Origin: Dendrobates tinctorius
Lineage: Eukaryota
Direction: 5' to 3'
Assembly: GCF_039654945.1 (NCBI RefSeq)
Contig: NW_027361810.1
Location: 32,364,001-32,428,000 of the forward strand
DNA length: 64,000 bases
The notes under the pieces are model-generated. The model worked only from the letters and a program-made list of their open reading frames with translations, was not told where the DNA came from and did no database searches. Position numbers and translations under genes: made by a program. Positions 1-12,443 of the stretch are shown one piece after another; the first letter of the stretch is position 1, and each line of letters begins with the position of its first letter.

Positions 1-210
1 CAGAAAAATGGCACCAGATGCTTTCGATTCATGAGAATTCATGTGAAATATTTGGCTGGAACAGAAGACGTTTGCTCACTGAAGGCCTGGAAAGTGACAC
101 AATAGTGAGTGTCTGCAGGCAGCAGTGAAGCAGGTGGAGGGTCCTGGCAAGTTTGAGGCTGTACTTTAGCAGATGATGATGGATTATGTCAGGATTAATG
201 GTGCCTTTAA

Positions 211-1830
211 CCCCATAATGACCGGAGCTTTTTTTGGTTTTGCGTTTTTGTTTTTCGCTCCCCTTCTTCCCAGAGCCATAACTTTTTTATTTTTCTATAT
301 GGCCATGTGAAGGCTTATTTTTTGCAGACGAGTTGCACTTTTGAACGACACCATTGGTTTTACCATGTCGTGTACTCGAAAACGGGAAAAAAATTCCAAG
401 TGCGGTGAAATTGCAAAAAAAGTGCAATCCCACACTTGTTTTTTGTTTGGCTTTTTTGCTAGGTTTACTAAATGCTAAAACTGACCTGTCATTATGATTC
501 TCCAGGTCATTATGAGTTCATAGACACCAAACATGTCTATGTTCTCTTTTATCTAAGTGGTGAAAAAAAATTCCAAAATTTGCTAAATGAAAAAAAAAAT
601 TGCCCCATTTTCTGAGACCCGTAACGTCTCCATTTTTCGGGATCTGGGGTTGGGTGATAGCTTATTTTTTGCAGGTCGAGCTGACGTTTTTAATAATACC
701 ACTTTTGTATTTTTTGATATGATCTTTTGATCGCCCGTTATTGCATTTTAAAAAAAAAGTAATTCTGGCATTTTGATTTTTTTTCTCACTACGCCGTTTA
801 GCAATCAGGTTAAGGCTATGTGCACACGTAGCGTTTTAAAACGCTTACTAAAAACCGGACTCCTTCCCAGAAATCGTGCGTTTTTTTCCGCGCGATTTAA
901 CCGCAATTTTACCGCGATTTTCGCGTGCGATATTCAAGAACTTTCCAAGCGATTTGAAGCATCGCTTGGAAAGTGATTGACAGGTTGGTCACACTCGTCA
1001 AACATAGTGTTTGACAAGTGTGACCAGGTTTTTACTATTGAGGCCGCCTATGCGGCTTCAATAGTAAAAGATAGAATGTTAAAATGCTAAAAAAAATAAA
1101 AAAATCAGGGTATATTTACCTTCCGGCGTCCCGCGCTGCATTCCCGGGCCTCAGCGTTCCCAGATTTTTTATTTTTTATTCTTTTTTTTACAGGGGGATG
1201 GTACCCAGGACCTGGAGGACAGTCTCCTCTCCTCCACACCGTGGGTACCAACCGCACATGAGACGCTTAACTTCCCGCATGGTGGGCATAGCCACATGCG
1301 GGAAGTAAGCGATTCTCATGCATTCCTATGGGTGCGGAATCGCGGCAATTCTTTGCGATTCCGCACAAAGAATGAGCATGCTGCGATTTTTTCCGCGATG
1401 CGATTCCGCTGCGGAAAAAAGCGCAGCATTAGCACAGCATGTGCGGAATGCCATAGGAATGCATGGGGGGTGTTCTGTACACGATTTTTAAGCGTTTTCG
1501 CGCCGAAAATCGCGGCAAAAACGCTTAAAAATCGCTACGTGTGCACACAGCCTAATGCTTTTTTTTATTGATAGATCTAACGATTCTGAATGCGGTGATA
1601 CCTAATATGTATAGGTTTGATTTTTTTTTTGTTTTATTTTGATTGGGGCGAAAGGGGGTCGATTTAAACTTTTATGCTTTATCAATTTTTTTAAAAATTT
1701 TAAACACTTTTTTTTTTTTACTTTTGGCATGCTTCAATAGTCTCCATAGGAGGCAAGAAGCAACCCATACTTGATTGGCTCTGCTACATATAGGCGATGC
1801 TCAGATCGCGCGGCTCTTAGATACCCGCTG
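211..1830. mobile_element. TTAA-flanked (piggyBac-like) non-autonomous element remnant
   Basis: TTAA|CCCC terminus. Related sequence occurs in the opposite orientation near 16560-17040 and 38930-40245. Right boundary is approximate. Confidence 0.6.
814..1552. mobile_element. PIF/Harbinger-type MITE
   Basis: TIRs GGCTATGTGCACACGT / ACGTGTGCACACAGCC with TAA TSD. Interrupts the TTAA-type element starting at 211. Confidence 0.85.
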
Positions 1831-2022
1831 TTTATGTTGGCAACCAGTGTGCTCGCTGGTCCTGATGGCTGGTGAGTCTGTCTACGTGACAGCTCAGCAG
1901 CGATCAGCTAACTATGTCCCAGTGATCCCATCCACGTCGGATCGTTGGTGGGATCGCTGGGACACTGAAGCGTGTAACGGGACCCTTAGACAGCCCATTA
2001 ATTTAAATAGGCGCTGTGTTAA

Positions 2023-2491
2023 GGCCTCTTTCACACATCAGTTTTTTTCCAATCAGTCGCAATCCATCAAAGTGTGAAAAAAAATGGATCCTGTGCAGAT
2101 TGTGAAAAACTGATCATTTTTTTTTGACGGATCCGTTGCAGCAGTTCTGGCTTGAAGTAAACTTTGTCCCTTGTGGAGAGAGAGAGAAAAACGGGCAGCG
2201 ACGGATCCTGCGTCCATAGGCTTCCATTATAGCCAACGACGGATGGCGCTGGATCCGTCGCTGTCCGACTTTTCGACGGAGGCAAAAAACATTCCTATGT
2301 ACGTTGTATCCGCCCGACGGACAAAGAATTTATGACGGATCCGTCGAATGACGGATGAAACGTGCGGCCATCCGTCGCTAATATAAATCTAGGAGAATAG
2401 AACAAATCCAGCAGCATCAGTCACTGGATCCGTTTTTTTCACAAAACGACGGATTGCGACTGATGGCAAAAGCTGATGTGTGAAGGAGGCC
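2023..2491. mobile_element. PIF/Harbinger-type MITE
   Basis: TIRs GGCCTCTTTCACACATCAG / CTGATGTGTGAAGGAGGCC with TAA TSD and internal palindromy. Confidence 0.85.
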
Positions 2492-2631
2492 TAATGTATG
2501 CATTATACCCCTGTGTTGGCGCTGCAGGGATTTTGAACAACGATAACCAGGTACTATCATAGATTATAGTTGATTTTTGGGGATAACATCATCATTTATA
2601 AAGCTGCCCTAGTCCACATGACTTGTGGTCT

Positions 2632-2672
2632 TTCCTGATGAAGAAGTCTTTTCTACTTTGAAACGCATAGAA
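2632..2672 (+). ncRNA. Minimal type I hammerhead ribozyme-like motif (Penelope-type)
   Basis: TTC-CTGATGA-A-GAAGT(cttttct)ACTTT-GAAA-CGCA-TA-GAA: both core boxes, stem II, 3-bp stem I and a decayed ACGCGT palindrome. Confidence 0.62.
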
Positions 2673-4860
2673 TAAACCACTATCCATTTGACAATCTGGG
2701 ATATACATCTCATCATTGATCAGCAAGCGCGGAAATCATCCACAAACCTCCCCTTTCTTTCCTGGATATCGTTTGGTCCTTTTCTGACCCGTGGATCTGC
2801 TGTAGCTTTATTACATACTTTATAGATACTTATAAAAGGTGAGTGTAATTTTGATTTTATTGCCTGCCATACTCCTCGGATAAGACCTTATGTTGATCTC
2901 TCCTACAGCTCTGCGACTAGCTCCACTTTTTCCTTAAGGCCCTGATAGTCATCCCTCTCTCCTCTGCTGCTCTGAATAAGGATAGGGCCTTGCATGATCT
3001 ATTGTAAGGGCAGTCACACGTCCTAGGACTGCACATTGCTTGGTAAATGTTGCATAAGTGATTTCTGTGTGTTCAAAGTGCCCTGAAAGCGTGTGCAAAG
3101 GAGGTGTTCCTGCTGACGTCAAGGGAGTGTGGCTGGGCTTTCACTGGTTTCCTCTTCCCATTGAAGCCTACTAGTTGTGTTACTTAATCTCCTCTGCATA
3201 GAGGCAGGTCTGGTCAGGCTACAAGCTACTCCTATGTGTCTGCTGCGTCCCCAGGCAGAAAATTGCTTCCGTATTAGTGCCAAGTCTACGCTGGTGAGTA
3301 GTGGGGGGTCTTAATAATGAAACTTGGGGTTATCGGGGGTAATTCTAGCTTTACCATAAGTTACGTTTCATTCTTTTGTAGCAATTTACTTTCACCGCTC
3401 TGTTACATTGTTTCTCTGGTCCTTACTTTTGCTTCACTACTGGTGAGTTTTCTGACACTGAAACTTACAAATCTGCTGTTGGAATAAGACGAGATGTCGC
3501 ACACAATGGCTCCAACTCACACTTCTGCCTTCTTTTTGGGGGGTTTTACTGACTCAGGCAGAATGTGCCGGTAGAGGTACAGGTGGCAACACATTGGCAA
3601 ATCATGCCACAATGTACGAGACGGCAGATTCCTCAGGTGCCAAGACAACGTGAGGGCAAAGATTCACCGTCACTAGGCCAAATCCTCACCAATTATGGGC
3701 AAGTTAGCCGTAGAGAGAAAAACAAAAATCAATGTGGAGTTAGGCCGATTTCATACATCCGCAATGTACAGACTGGCCAGGGGGTCTCCTGTCCCGAACT
3801 CGGAAGCTCCATCAATGCTCATGAGGCTGACGAGTTCAAGTCAAAGGACCCGCAACCGGCCAGGACATACGCAGACCATGAAATATGGATGTGTGAAGCC
3901 GGCCTAAAGCTCCATCTTATGGTCGGTTCCCTAGACCGATATCTCCACATATGAGAAAAATGGTCCTGTTATTCTGATCAGAATTTGATCAAAGCGGCAT
4001 CACATGTTCTTGTACGTGGAGAGAAACAAAAAAGTCTCTCCACCTCCTCCTTTCTGACTGTGCATGAAAATCAGGCTACAGTCGGATATCATCTGAACGT
4101 GGTCTGATTTTTTTTCACGGACCCATAGACTTATATGGTCGATTTTGATCCGTTCCATCAAATCAAAATAGGACATGTCTCCAATTTTTTTTCTCGCTGA
4201 CCACTCAGTCCAAGGAAAACAAAAATGGACGTGTGCACAGCCCCACGAAATATTATAGGTACAAGCGTTATCCATGAAAATCACGGATAGCACTCGTAAG
4301 AGAAAATCGGTCGTGTGCACGAGCCCCAAATGTTGTTCCTTTAGCGAATGACATAATGGTGCTTTAATGGCAACATATACGTCGTACAAAGCTCCGGACA
4401 TAGAGTATATGTTGATCTTATGCCTGCGACGGATAATATAGTGTCATTCATTGCCCATAGGCTCCTATGTTAGAAAAACATGTATCACGTAATTTATTCT
4501 AGTTTAGTTTATCCGGCTGGAGGTCAAGAGGACACTATTAGGCCTCCGTCTGGTAAATAAGGGCCTATGGATCTGTTTAACATGGTCAACACAGCGTGAA
4601 ATGAGCCTAAGCATTCTCGCTTTATAACCCTCACATTATAAACTGTATTGCATGACCGCCGTTGTCAGACTGGCCCAACACAGCATCAGAATGCTCGGTG
4701 GTGGGCCACACAATAATGGCCTACCAGTCTCCAGCAGGAGACAACTGACTTAGGAGTCAATCACTTACTGCTAGGGTCTATTTCTTATGGGACGGTTCAC
4801 AAATAACCCATTAGATTTTTTTCAATGATGCCGCCAATATTTACAATTTATATTCCAATA

Positions 4861-6986
4861 CTAGCTGAAGAGCCCGGCGCTGCCCGGGCATAGTAACTAA
4901 CTGTGGTTAGTTATAACAAATTATAATTATCCTCCATCCCATAGTCCCGTGCCCATATACCCATCATACATATCCACCATCCCATAGGCCCGTGCCCATA
5001 TACCCATCATACATATCCTCCATCCCATAGTCGAGTGCCCATATACCCATCACACATCCTCCATCCCATAGTCCCATGCCCATATACCCATCATACATAT
5101 TCTCCATCCCATAGTCGAGTGCCCATATACCCATCACACATCCTCCATCCCATAGGCCCGTGCCCATATAGCCATCATACATATCCTCTATCCCATAGTC
5201 GAGTGCCTATATACCCATCACACATCCTCCATCCCATAGTCCCATGCCCATATACCCATCATACATATTCTCCATCCCATAGTCGAGTGCCCATATACCC
5301 ATCACACATCCTCCATCCCATAGTCCCGTGCCCATATACCCATCATACATATCCACCATCCCATAGGCCCGTGCCCATATACCCATCATGCATATCCTCC
5401 ATCCCATAGTCGAGTGCCCATATACCCATCACACATCCTCCATCCCATAGTCCAATGCCCATATACCCATCATACATATTCTCCATCCCATAGTCGAGTG
5501 CCCATATACCCATCACACATCCTCCATCCCATAGGCCCGTGCCCATATAGCCATCATACATATCCTCCATCCCATAGTCGAGTGCCCATATACCCATCAC
5601 ACATCCTCCATCCCATAGTCCCATGCCCATATACCCATCACACATCCTCCATCCCATAGTCCCATGCCCATATACCCATCACACATCCTCCATCCCATAG
5701 TCCCATGCCCATATACCCATCATACATATTCGCCATCCCATAGTCGAGTGCCCATACACCCATCACACATCCTTCATCTCATAGTCCCATGCTCATATAC
5801 CCATCATACATATCCTCCATCTCATAGTCCCGTGCCCATATACATATCCGCCATCCCATAGTCCCATGCCCATATACCCGTCATACATATCCTCCATCCC
5901 ATAGTCCAGTGCCCATATACCCATCATACATATCCACCATCCCATAGGCCCGTGCCCGTATACCCATCACACATCCTCCATCCCATAGGCCCGTGCCCAT
6001 ATACCCATCACACATCCTCCATCCCATAGTCCCATGCCTATATACCCATCACACATCCTCCATCCCATAGTCCCATGCCCATATACCCATCATACATATT
6101 CTCCATCCCATAGTCCCATGCCCATATACCCATCATACATATACTCCATCCCATAGTCCCATGCCCATATACCCATCATACATATTCGCCATCCCATAGT
6201 CGAGTGCCCATATACCCATCACACATCCTGCATCTCATAGTCCCATGCCCATATACCCATCATACATATCATCCATCCCATAGTCCCGTGCCCATATACT
6301 CATCATACATATCCGCCATCTCATAGTCCCGTGCCCATATACTCGTCATATCCTCCATCCCATAGTCCAATGCCCATATACCCATCACACATCCTCCATC
6401 CCATAGTCCCATGCCCATATACACATCCGCCATCCCATAGTCCCGTGCCCATATACCCGTCAAACATATCCTCCATCCCATAGTCAAGTGCCCATATACC
6501 CATCACACATCCTCCATCCCATAGTCCCATGCCCATATACATATCCACCATCCCATAGTCCCGTGCCCATATACCCATCATACATATCCTCCATCCCATA
6601 GTCCAGTGCCCATATACCCATCACACATCCTCCATCCCATAGTCAACCATTATGACATCATAATGAGCGGCGGCGGGGCTTGCGACCTATGATGACATCA
6701 GCGTCGCCATGGCAACCGTTGTGACATCATAATGAGGGGTGGGGCTTGATACGCACACACTGCTTCCCCCAGTATGTAGATAGGGGCAAAATTGTTTGGT
6801 GAATTGGAACGCGCGGGGTTAAAATTTCGCCTCACAACATAGCTTAGGACGCTCTCGGGGTCCAGACGTGTGACTGTGCCAAATTTTGTGGCTGTAGCTG
6901 CGACGGTGCGGATGCCTATCCCGGACATACACACACATACACACACATACACACATACATACACACTTTAAGCTTTATATATTAGA
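4861..6986 (-). mobile_element. Non-autonomous Helitron with internal 41/43-bp minisatellite
   Basis: On the minus strand it starts TC(TAATATATAAAG) and ends with a GC hairpin (GCCCGGGCAGCGCCGGGC) plus CTAG. Inserted between A and T with no TSD. Confidence 0.88.
4930..6643. repeat. 41/43-bp minisatellite, partly organised as an 84-bp dimer (ccatcccatagtcccgtgcccatatacccatca...)
   Basis: Tandem array, giving a 28-aa periodicity in the spurious ORFs. Confidence 0.93.
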
Positions 6987-7122
6987 TGTCACAAATTCTG
7001 TGATATTATTCAGCTTTTTTGAGAAAAATGAAACTGTTAGGGTTGGTGCAGCATTGTAGATGAGATTTTATGAAAGGTCATGCGCATGCTACAAATTAAA
7101 AAGCCACCATGTAAATTGATGG

Positions 7123-7685
7123 TGTAACGCTGCTGCAATGCAGGTAGATGCAAGCTCCATTAGATGGCAAAAGAGTGGAGGAATGACTGCACACAGCAAG
7201 AGCAGACCTGAAACGCAGCAGCGAGGCTACCAGCAGGTGGCAGCAGAATATTCAAACAAGCCGGGTCAATATTAGTCTGTAGTGCAGTACCAAAGGAATA
7301 AACAAACATAGAGTCAGAAACAAGCCAAATGGGTCAGTACCAGTCAGGAGCAGATATGCCAAAGACAATACAAACAGCAGGTCAGGGTCCAAGCCAAGTC
7401 AAATACCAGAGATTCCAAAACATGAAAGGGGGAACACAGAGTCAGGACAGAAGAGGGGAAACAAACAGACATGGGCAAAGTCAGAAACAGCAGAAGGACA
7501 AATCAGGGCATACATGGAGTCAGCTACTCACACCTTAGGCAGAAACTATAACTGACACCACCTGCAGGATGCAGTGAAGAGTAATAGCCAGCCTGGCGCC
7601 AGATCGAGGCAGAGAAAAGTTATCCCTTGACATGATCAGACCGGGAAAGGGAGACAGGATACAAAACCTGGCCTGGATCATGACA
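7123..7685. mobile_element. Solo LTR (563 bp)
   Basis: Begins TGTAAC, ends ATGACA, and is flanked by a perfect 5-bp duplication GATGG (7118-7122 and 7686-7690). Confidence 0.8.
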
Positions 7686-8908
7686 GATGGTTGCTGCAGA
7701 TATCAGTCTTTGCAATATCAAGGGTGAAATGTGCAGCAAATTTGCACCATTATTGCAACAAAATCCACAGTAGTTTTTTTTTACCGCTTTATGCTCTACG
7801 GAAATTCGACCGCAGATATGACCTGAGTGCACAAGTCCGTGAGAGTTGTGCATTTCTTGTTCACTACTCCATGGCTTTAAATACGTGGTACAGACAGTAT
7901 GATCCTATTGTGAGAATATTGGTGACATATGGAGCACTACAAATATATTTTTATCATTTAAGCAGGTCAATGTTAAGATTTGAAAAACAGTATTGGAATC
8001 ACAGAGGGTTTCAGCTTTTTCCAGTTTCACTGACTTGTTAATTTCTGAACATCTGAAATTTGGTTTGGCGTCGACAGATACATTTTATTGATGCTTGGAT
8101 CAAATCGGACTAAGGTCGCATTCACACATCCACTCGTTACGGTTCAAGTATCAACCTTAACAGTGGTGTAAGTTGAAGCTTGTGGGCCCCAATACAAAAC
8201 CTCCGATGGAGCCTCCAGCTATCACTGATCTTTAATAGTTTTGCTCTTGCCATATGGGCCAAAAGAACTTTTTAAGAACTCCTGGGCCAGGGTGCAAGTG
8301 CATCACCTGCACCTATAATAGTTACACCTCAGGACCTTAATTCATGGGTCCTCCATGGAGCTACTATTCCGAGCTTGACAGCCTTTTAGGCATATATGAG
8401 ACTATCCAGTTTAGGTTACAGCTCTTTCACACGTCAGTGATTTTTCTTGTGCTCTAAAAAGCGGAGTTTCATCGGCGTTTTTGATCATCAGATGACGGTC
8501 ATATGAGTTTCATCAGCGTTTTTGATCATCAGATGACGGTCATATGAGTTTCATCAGAGTTTGGTCAGGGTTTTTTCATCAGAGTCTCATCCATTTTTCT
8601 CGGTTAAAGAAAAACTGATAAAAGAAGGTACAAAAAAATATATCAAACAGTCAGTGATAAACAGCACATGGATGGCCTACGAGCATTGTCCAAAATTTTT
8701 TCGGGACCCAAAGACTTGCATTGCCGATTTTGATCCAACACTCAGATTGGTTTCTGATGTGTCTCCATGCCTATGTGTGGATCACTTGGGCCAAAGAAAA
8801 AAATTGGACATGTGAACTAACCCATGGACTTTCCTAGGTACAAGATCTATCCATAAAAATCATGGATGACACTTGTATAAGAAAAATGGACGTGTAAATA
8901 ACCCCTTA

Positions 8909-9126
8909 GGGCTCATACTTACTTGCGAGAGACTCGCACGATTCTCGGACGAGTCTCTCGCATGAAAACCTGGCACAGCTGCCGACACTGGGACCGGAGC
9001 GTGCGGCTGCATAGAAATACATGTAGGAGCACGCTCCGGGGTTCCAGAGCCGGCGGCTGTGCCAGGTTTTCATGCCAGAGACTCGCATGAGAATCGTGCG
9101 AGTCTCTCGCAAGTGGGTATGAACCC
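8909..9126. mobile_element. Near-palindromic 218-bp MITE
   Basis: GGGCTCATAC... / ...GTATGAACCC with long inverted arms and TTA TSD. Confidence 0.82.
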
Positions 9127-10543
9127 TTAGGAGTCCTTCAGCCGAATCGTAAACTATGGTTTGCACATGACACATCGATGTGTAAATGTGGCCTGACGGT
9201 ACGTTCACACAGTTTTTTTTATGAGGACTTTAGAGCAGGTTCTGCTTCAAAATCTGCATAAAAATAAACTTAACAGGGTTATCCAGGACTTTTAGTAATT
9301 TTTTTTGCAATGTATCTAAGAACTAACAGGCAGGTAGTTACTAACCATCTGCCTGTTGTACCCAGCAGTGGCTCAGAGCAGTCACAGACTGTTTCTGCTG
9401 GCGATTCAGTGGCTTCTGCTGACATTATGTCATCAGAGCAGCACCTACTTTTCCACTCTGCTTTGTTGAAGGGGTGTAAATGCCAATGTCATGCTGATTG
9501 ACAGCTGGCTCTCCACTGCCTAACTGCGGGGAGCCGGCTATCAGTCATCATAGCGTCAGACTCAGCAGTCAAGCCCCATTGACAAAGCAGGTTGGAAAAA
9601 GAACAGCTACTTTGTTCACATGGAGCAGCTGAATTGCCAGCAGGAGCGGTCGGTGACCAGTCTGAGTCGGTGCCTGATACAACAGGCAGTTAGTTAGTAA
9701 CTGCCTGCTTGTTAGTCTTTAGGCCCATAATTTAAAAAAATCCCAAATAACTTCTTTAAAAGGTTGTTCAATAAATTTTTTCCATTAAAGACAGGTCGAT
9801 AGGAGTATTAAAACAACAACAGACAGATGGTTGTCTACTGGTCCTCCACCGCACCGCTGCCTATGTTCCCTCCTGGGATCCTCGCTCTTCTGCTTCCAAT
9901 CAATTGGAATCAGAAAAAAAATTACCCTATAACCAAAAACAGTGGCTAAAAATTCTACAGGCCTCGACATTCAATTTTTCATTCAGAAAAATCCTCAATC
10001 GAATCACTGGTGATCTCGGAGTTCAGGTTTATTGGTTTCTTTCATTCGCATAGTTTAACGAATTTCTAGAACGTAAAGTTGAAAAAACATCAGCCAACCT
10101 TTCCTATGGCGGAACCTTAGAATGGCTTCACATGACAGAGTTGCATGATCCATTTCCAAGCTGCAATTTTCAGACCGGACCCAGATCTCCTGAACCAAAC
10201 TTATGGTATTTCCAATGTTAGAATTCATCTGTCCCCCTGACAAAAATTTGCTTTCAATTCTCATTCACCCTCTCCAGGTCTAAAATTGAGTCTCTGCTGC
10301 TGCTCCCTGTATCTGTGGTCTGTAGCACTAACATCACGTCAACAGAGCTACAGCCAATCAGTAAGCTCTGCGCCTCTGCCCAAGTTGATGGCACAAGGCA
10401 TTAAGAGCCATTGTCATCACTGATTGGCTGCAGCGCTGTCGACATGACAGGGTTTTTTTGAAACTGGAATATCCTTTAATGGCTTCACCTCATATTTACA
10501 GCGTAGGCCATGTATTTGGATACACCCAAATTAAATGGGAATG

Positions 10544-11341
10544 TGTTGTGAGTTCATTTTCCCCTCACCATTGAGGTCTGATGAACTCCCTCTTCTGGTG
10601 AAGGAAGGTAGTGAGGCTGATTACCAAGCATCTGTGCGGGATGATGATGACTGGGTGACTGGAATTGCTGACTGGATATAAGGCAGCCGACACCCTTCTG
10701 CCTTGCTGGTGATCTCTCTGAGGGAATCTAGGAGACCGGTCTGATTCCTGCTCCTCAAAAGCTAAGTTTTCTGCTCTGCTTTTTGCATTTGTGTTTTGGT
10801 TTTGTTTTGCCTTGTTTTTCTGGATTTTTGCCATTCCCTGCTGGGGTGAGCTGAATTCCTTTTTGCTCTGTCTTCAGAAATTACTTGAGTACTGATATAG
10901 TCTTTTTGAAGCCTAGCGTCTTCAGGGCTTTTTTCCCTATCAGTCTGTTGGCTCTTGTTATGATAGGGTTTTGGCGGATTGCAGACAGCAGCTTTTCTAT
11001 CCTTTCCTATTTAGTTAGCTTGGGCCCCATCATTTGCTCAGCCTATCTTTCTATCTGTGTGAGTGTTTTTTCATCTTGCTTCACCGTCATTATATGTTGG
11101 GGGCTGCCTATTGCTTTGGGGTCTGCTCTGGGGCAGTTTAGATTTCCCTTTCTCTCTTTAGGCTATTTAGCTCTCCGGCTGTGATCGAGGGGTCTAGGGC
11201 ACCGTAGGAACCCCCCATGGCTACTGCTAGTTGTTGTTGATAGGTTCAGGGGTCTGCAATCCGATAGCTGCCAACTTCTCTGGTTTTCTGGACTTAGCTA
11301 GTATTTCTGTTTTTGCCTCCTAAGGTGACTCATTCATAACA
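10544..11341 (+). repeat. 5' LTR (798 bp)
   Basis: Starts TGTTGTGAG and ends CATAACA. Near-identical to 15508-16006 apart from 300 bp absent there. TATA-like gatataagg near 10675. Confidence 0.93.
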
Positions 11342-11467
11342 GAATCACCAGCCATACCGCAGATCCTAGGGTACTCAATAGCAGGAAAGAATTGTAAAAA
11401 AAAAAAAAAGTGTGTATATTCTTTCCTCTATATCTCTGAGGCCGTAGGGGGAATTTTTTTTCTCTCA

Positions 11468-12443
11468 ATGGAGATAAAGCAATTGTCTGATCATGTGGAG
11501 CAGCTCACTGCGGAAGTGCGGGGAATTTCCGCTTACCTTGCTCATTCACATGCTGCTGAACCAAAGATCCCTACTCCTGATGTGTTTTTTGGGGATCGGT
11601 CTAAATTTTTGAATTTCAAAAATAATTGTAAATTATTTTTTGCCTTGAAGCCTAACTCGTCAGGGAGCTCCGCGCAGCAGGTTAAAATTGTCATCTCCTT
11701 GCTGCATGGCGATCCCCAGGATTGGGCGTTTTCTTTGAAACCAGATGATCCTATTCTGACTAATGTGAACGCATTTTTTCAAGCCTTGGGGTTGTTGTAT
11801 GACGAACCTAATGCTATTGATCAGGCTGAAAAGACCCTGTTGGCATTGAGCCAGGGTCGAGATTCTGCAGAATTGTTCTGTCAAAAATTCTGAAAGTGGG
11901 CGGTCCTTACTACCTGGAATGACAATGCCTTGGCAGCTCTCTTTCGGAAGGCTTTGTCAGAAGCCGTAAAAGATACTATGGTGGGATTCCCTGTTCCCTC
12001 TGGTCTTGACGATTCTATGTCATTAGCCATTCAGGTTGATCGGCGTTTATGTGAACGCAGGACTGCACGAGAGGTGTTGCCACCTGTTGAACAAGTGTCT
12101 GAACCTATGCAATGTGATAGAGTTTTGTCCAGGGAGCAACGTCAGGAGTTCAGAAGGCGTAATAAGCTGTGTTTTTTTTTGTGGAGATGCCTCGCATATT
12201 ATTTCTGTCTGTCCTAAATGAGAGAAACGTTTTGCACACACGATTTCGGTGGGTGGTGTTCAACCTAAGTTTCTTCTGGCAATTACTCTGATCTGCTCCC
12301 TGTCCACATTTTCCGCCAAGGCTTTTGTGGATTCGGGAGCAGCCCTGAACCTAATGGACTTGGATTTTGCTAAACGTGGATTTCCGATGACACCTCTGCG
12401 GACGCCTATCCCGTTGAGGGGATTGATGCTACTCCTTTGGTGA
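11468..12443 (+). pseudogene. gag: Disrupted gag and aspartic protease of the Gypsy element
   Basis: Gag-like ORF 11468..11893 stops at TGA and continues in frame. CCHC knuckle (CFFCGDASHIISVC) is split by a frameshift in a T run near 12172-12180. Protease motif AFVDSGA lies in ORF 12249..12443 and is frameshifted from pol. Confidence 0.88.

Noticed and set aside
4865-4895. CTGAAGA followed by a GC stem-loop, resembling a hammerhead core (also at 42145 and 55753)
   Set aside because: No GAAA after the stem. It is the reverse complement of the Helitron 3' hairpin and CTAG end.
7691-8041. 116-aa ORF as a possible exon of an upstream gene
   Set aside because: No convincing splice sites or recognisable motif, and it partly overlaps MITE-like sequence.
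8465-8557. Short tandem duplication of about 41 bp
   Set aside because: Local duplication inside a decayed MITE with no further structure.
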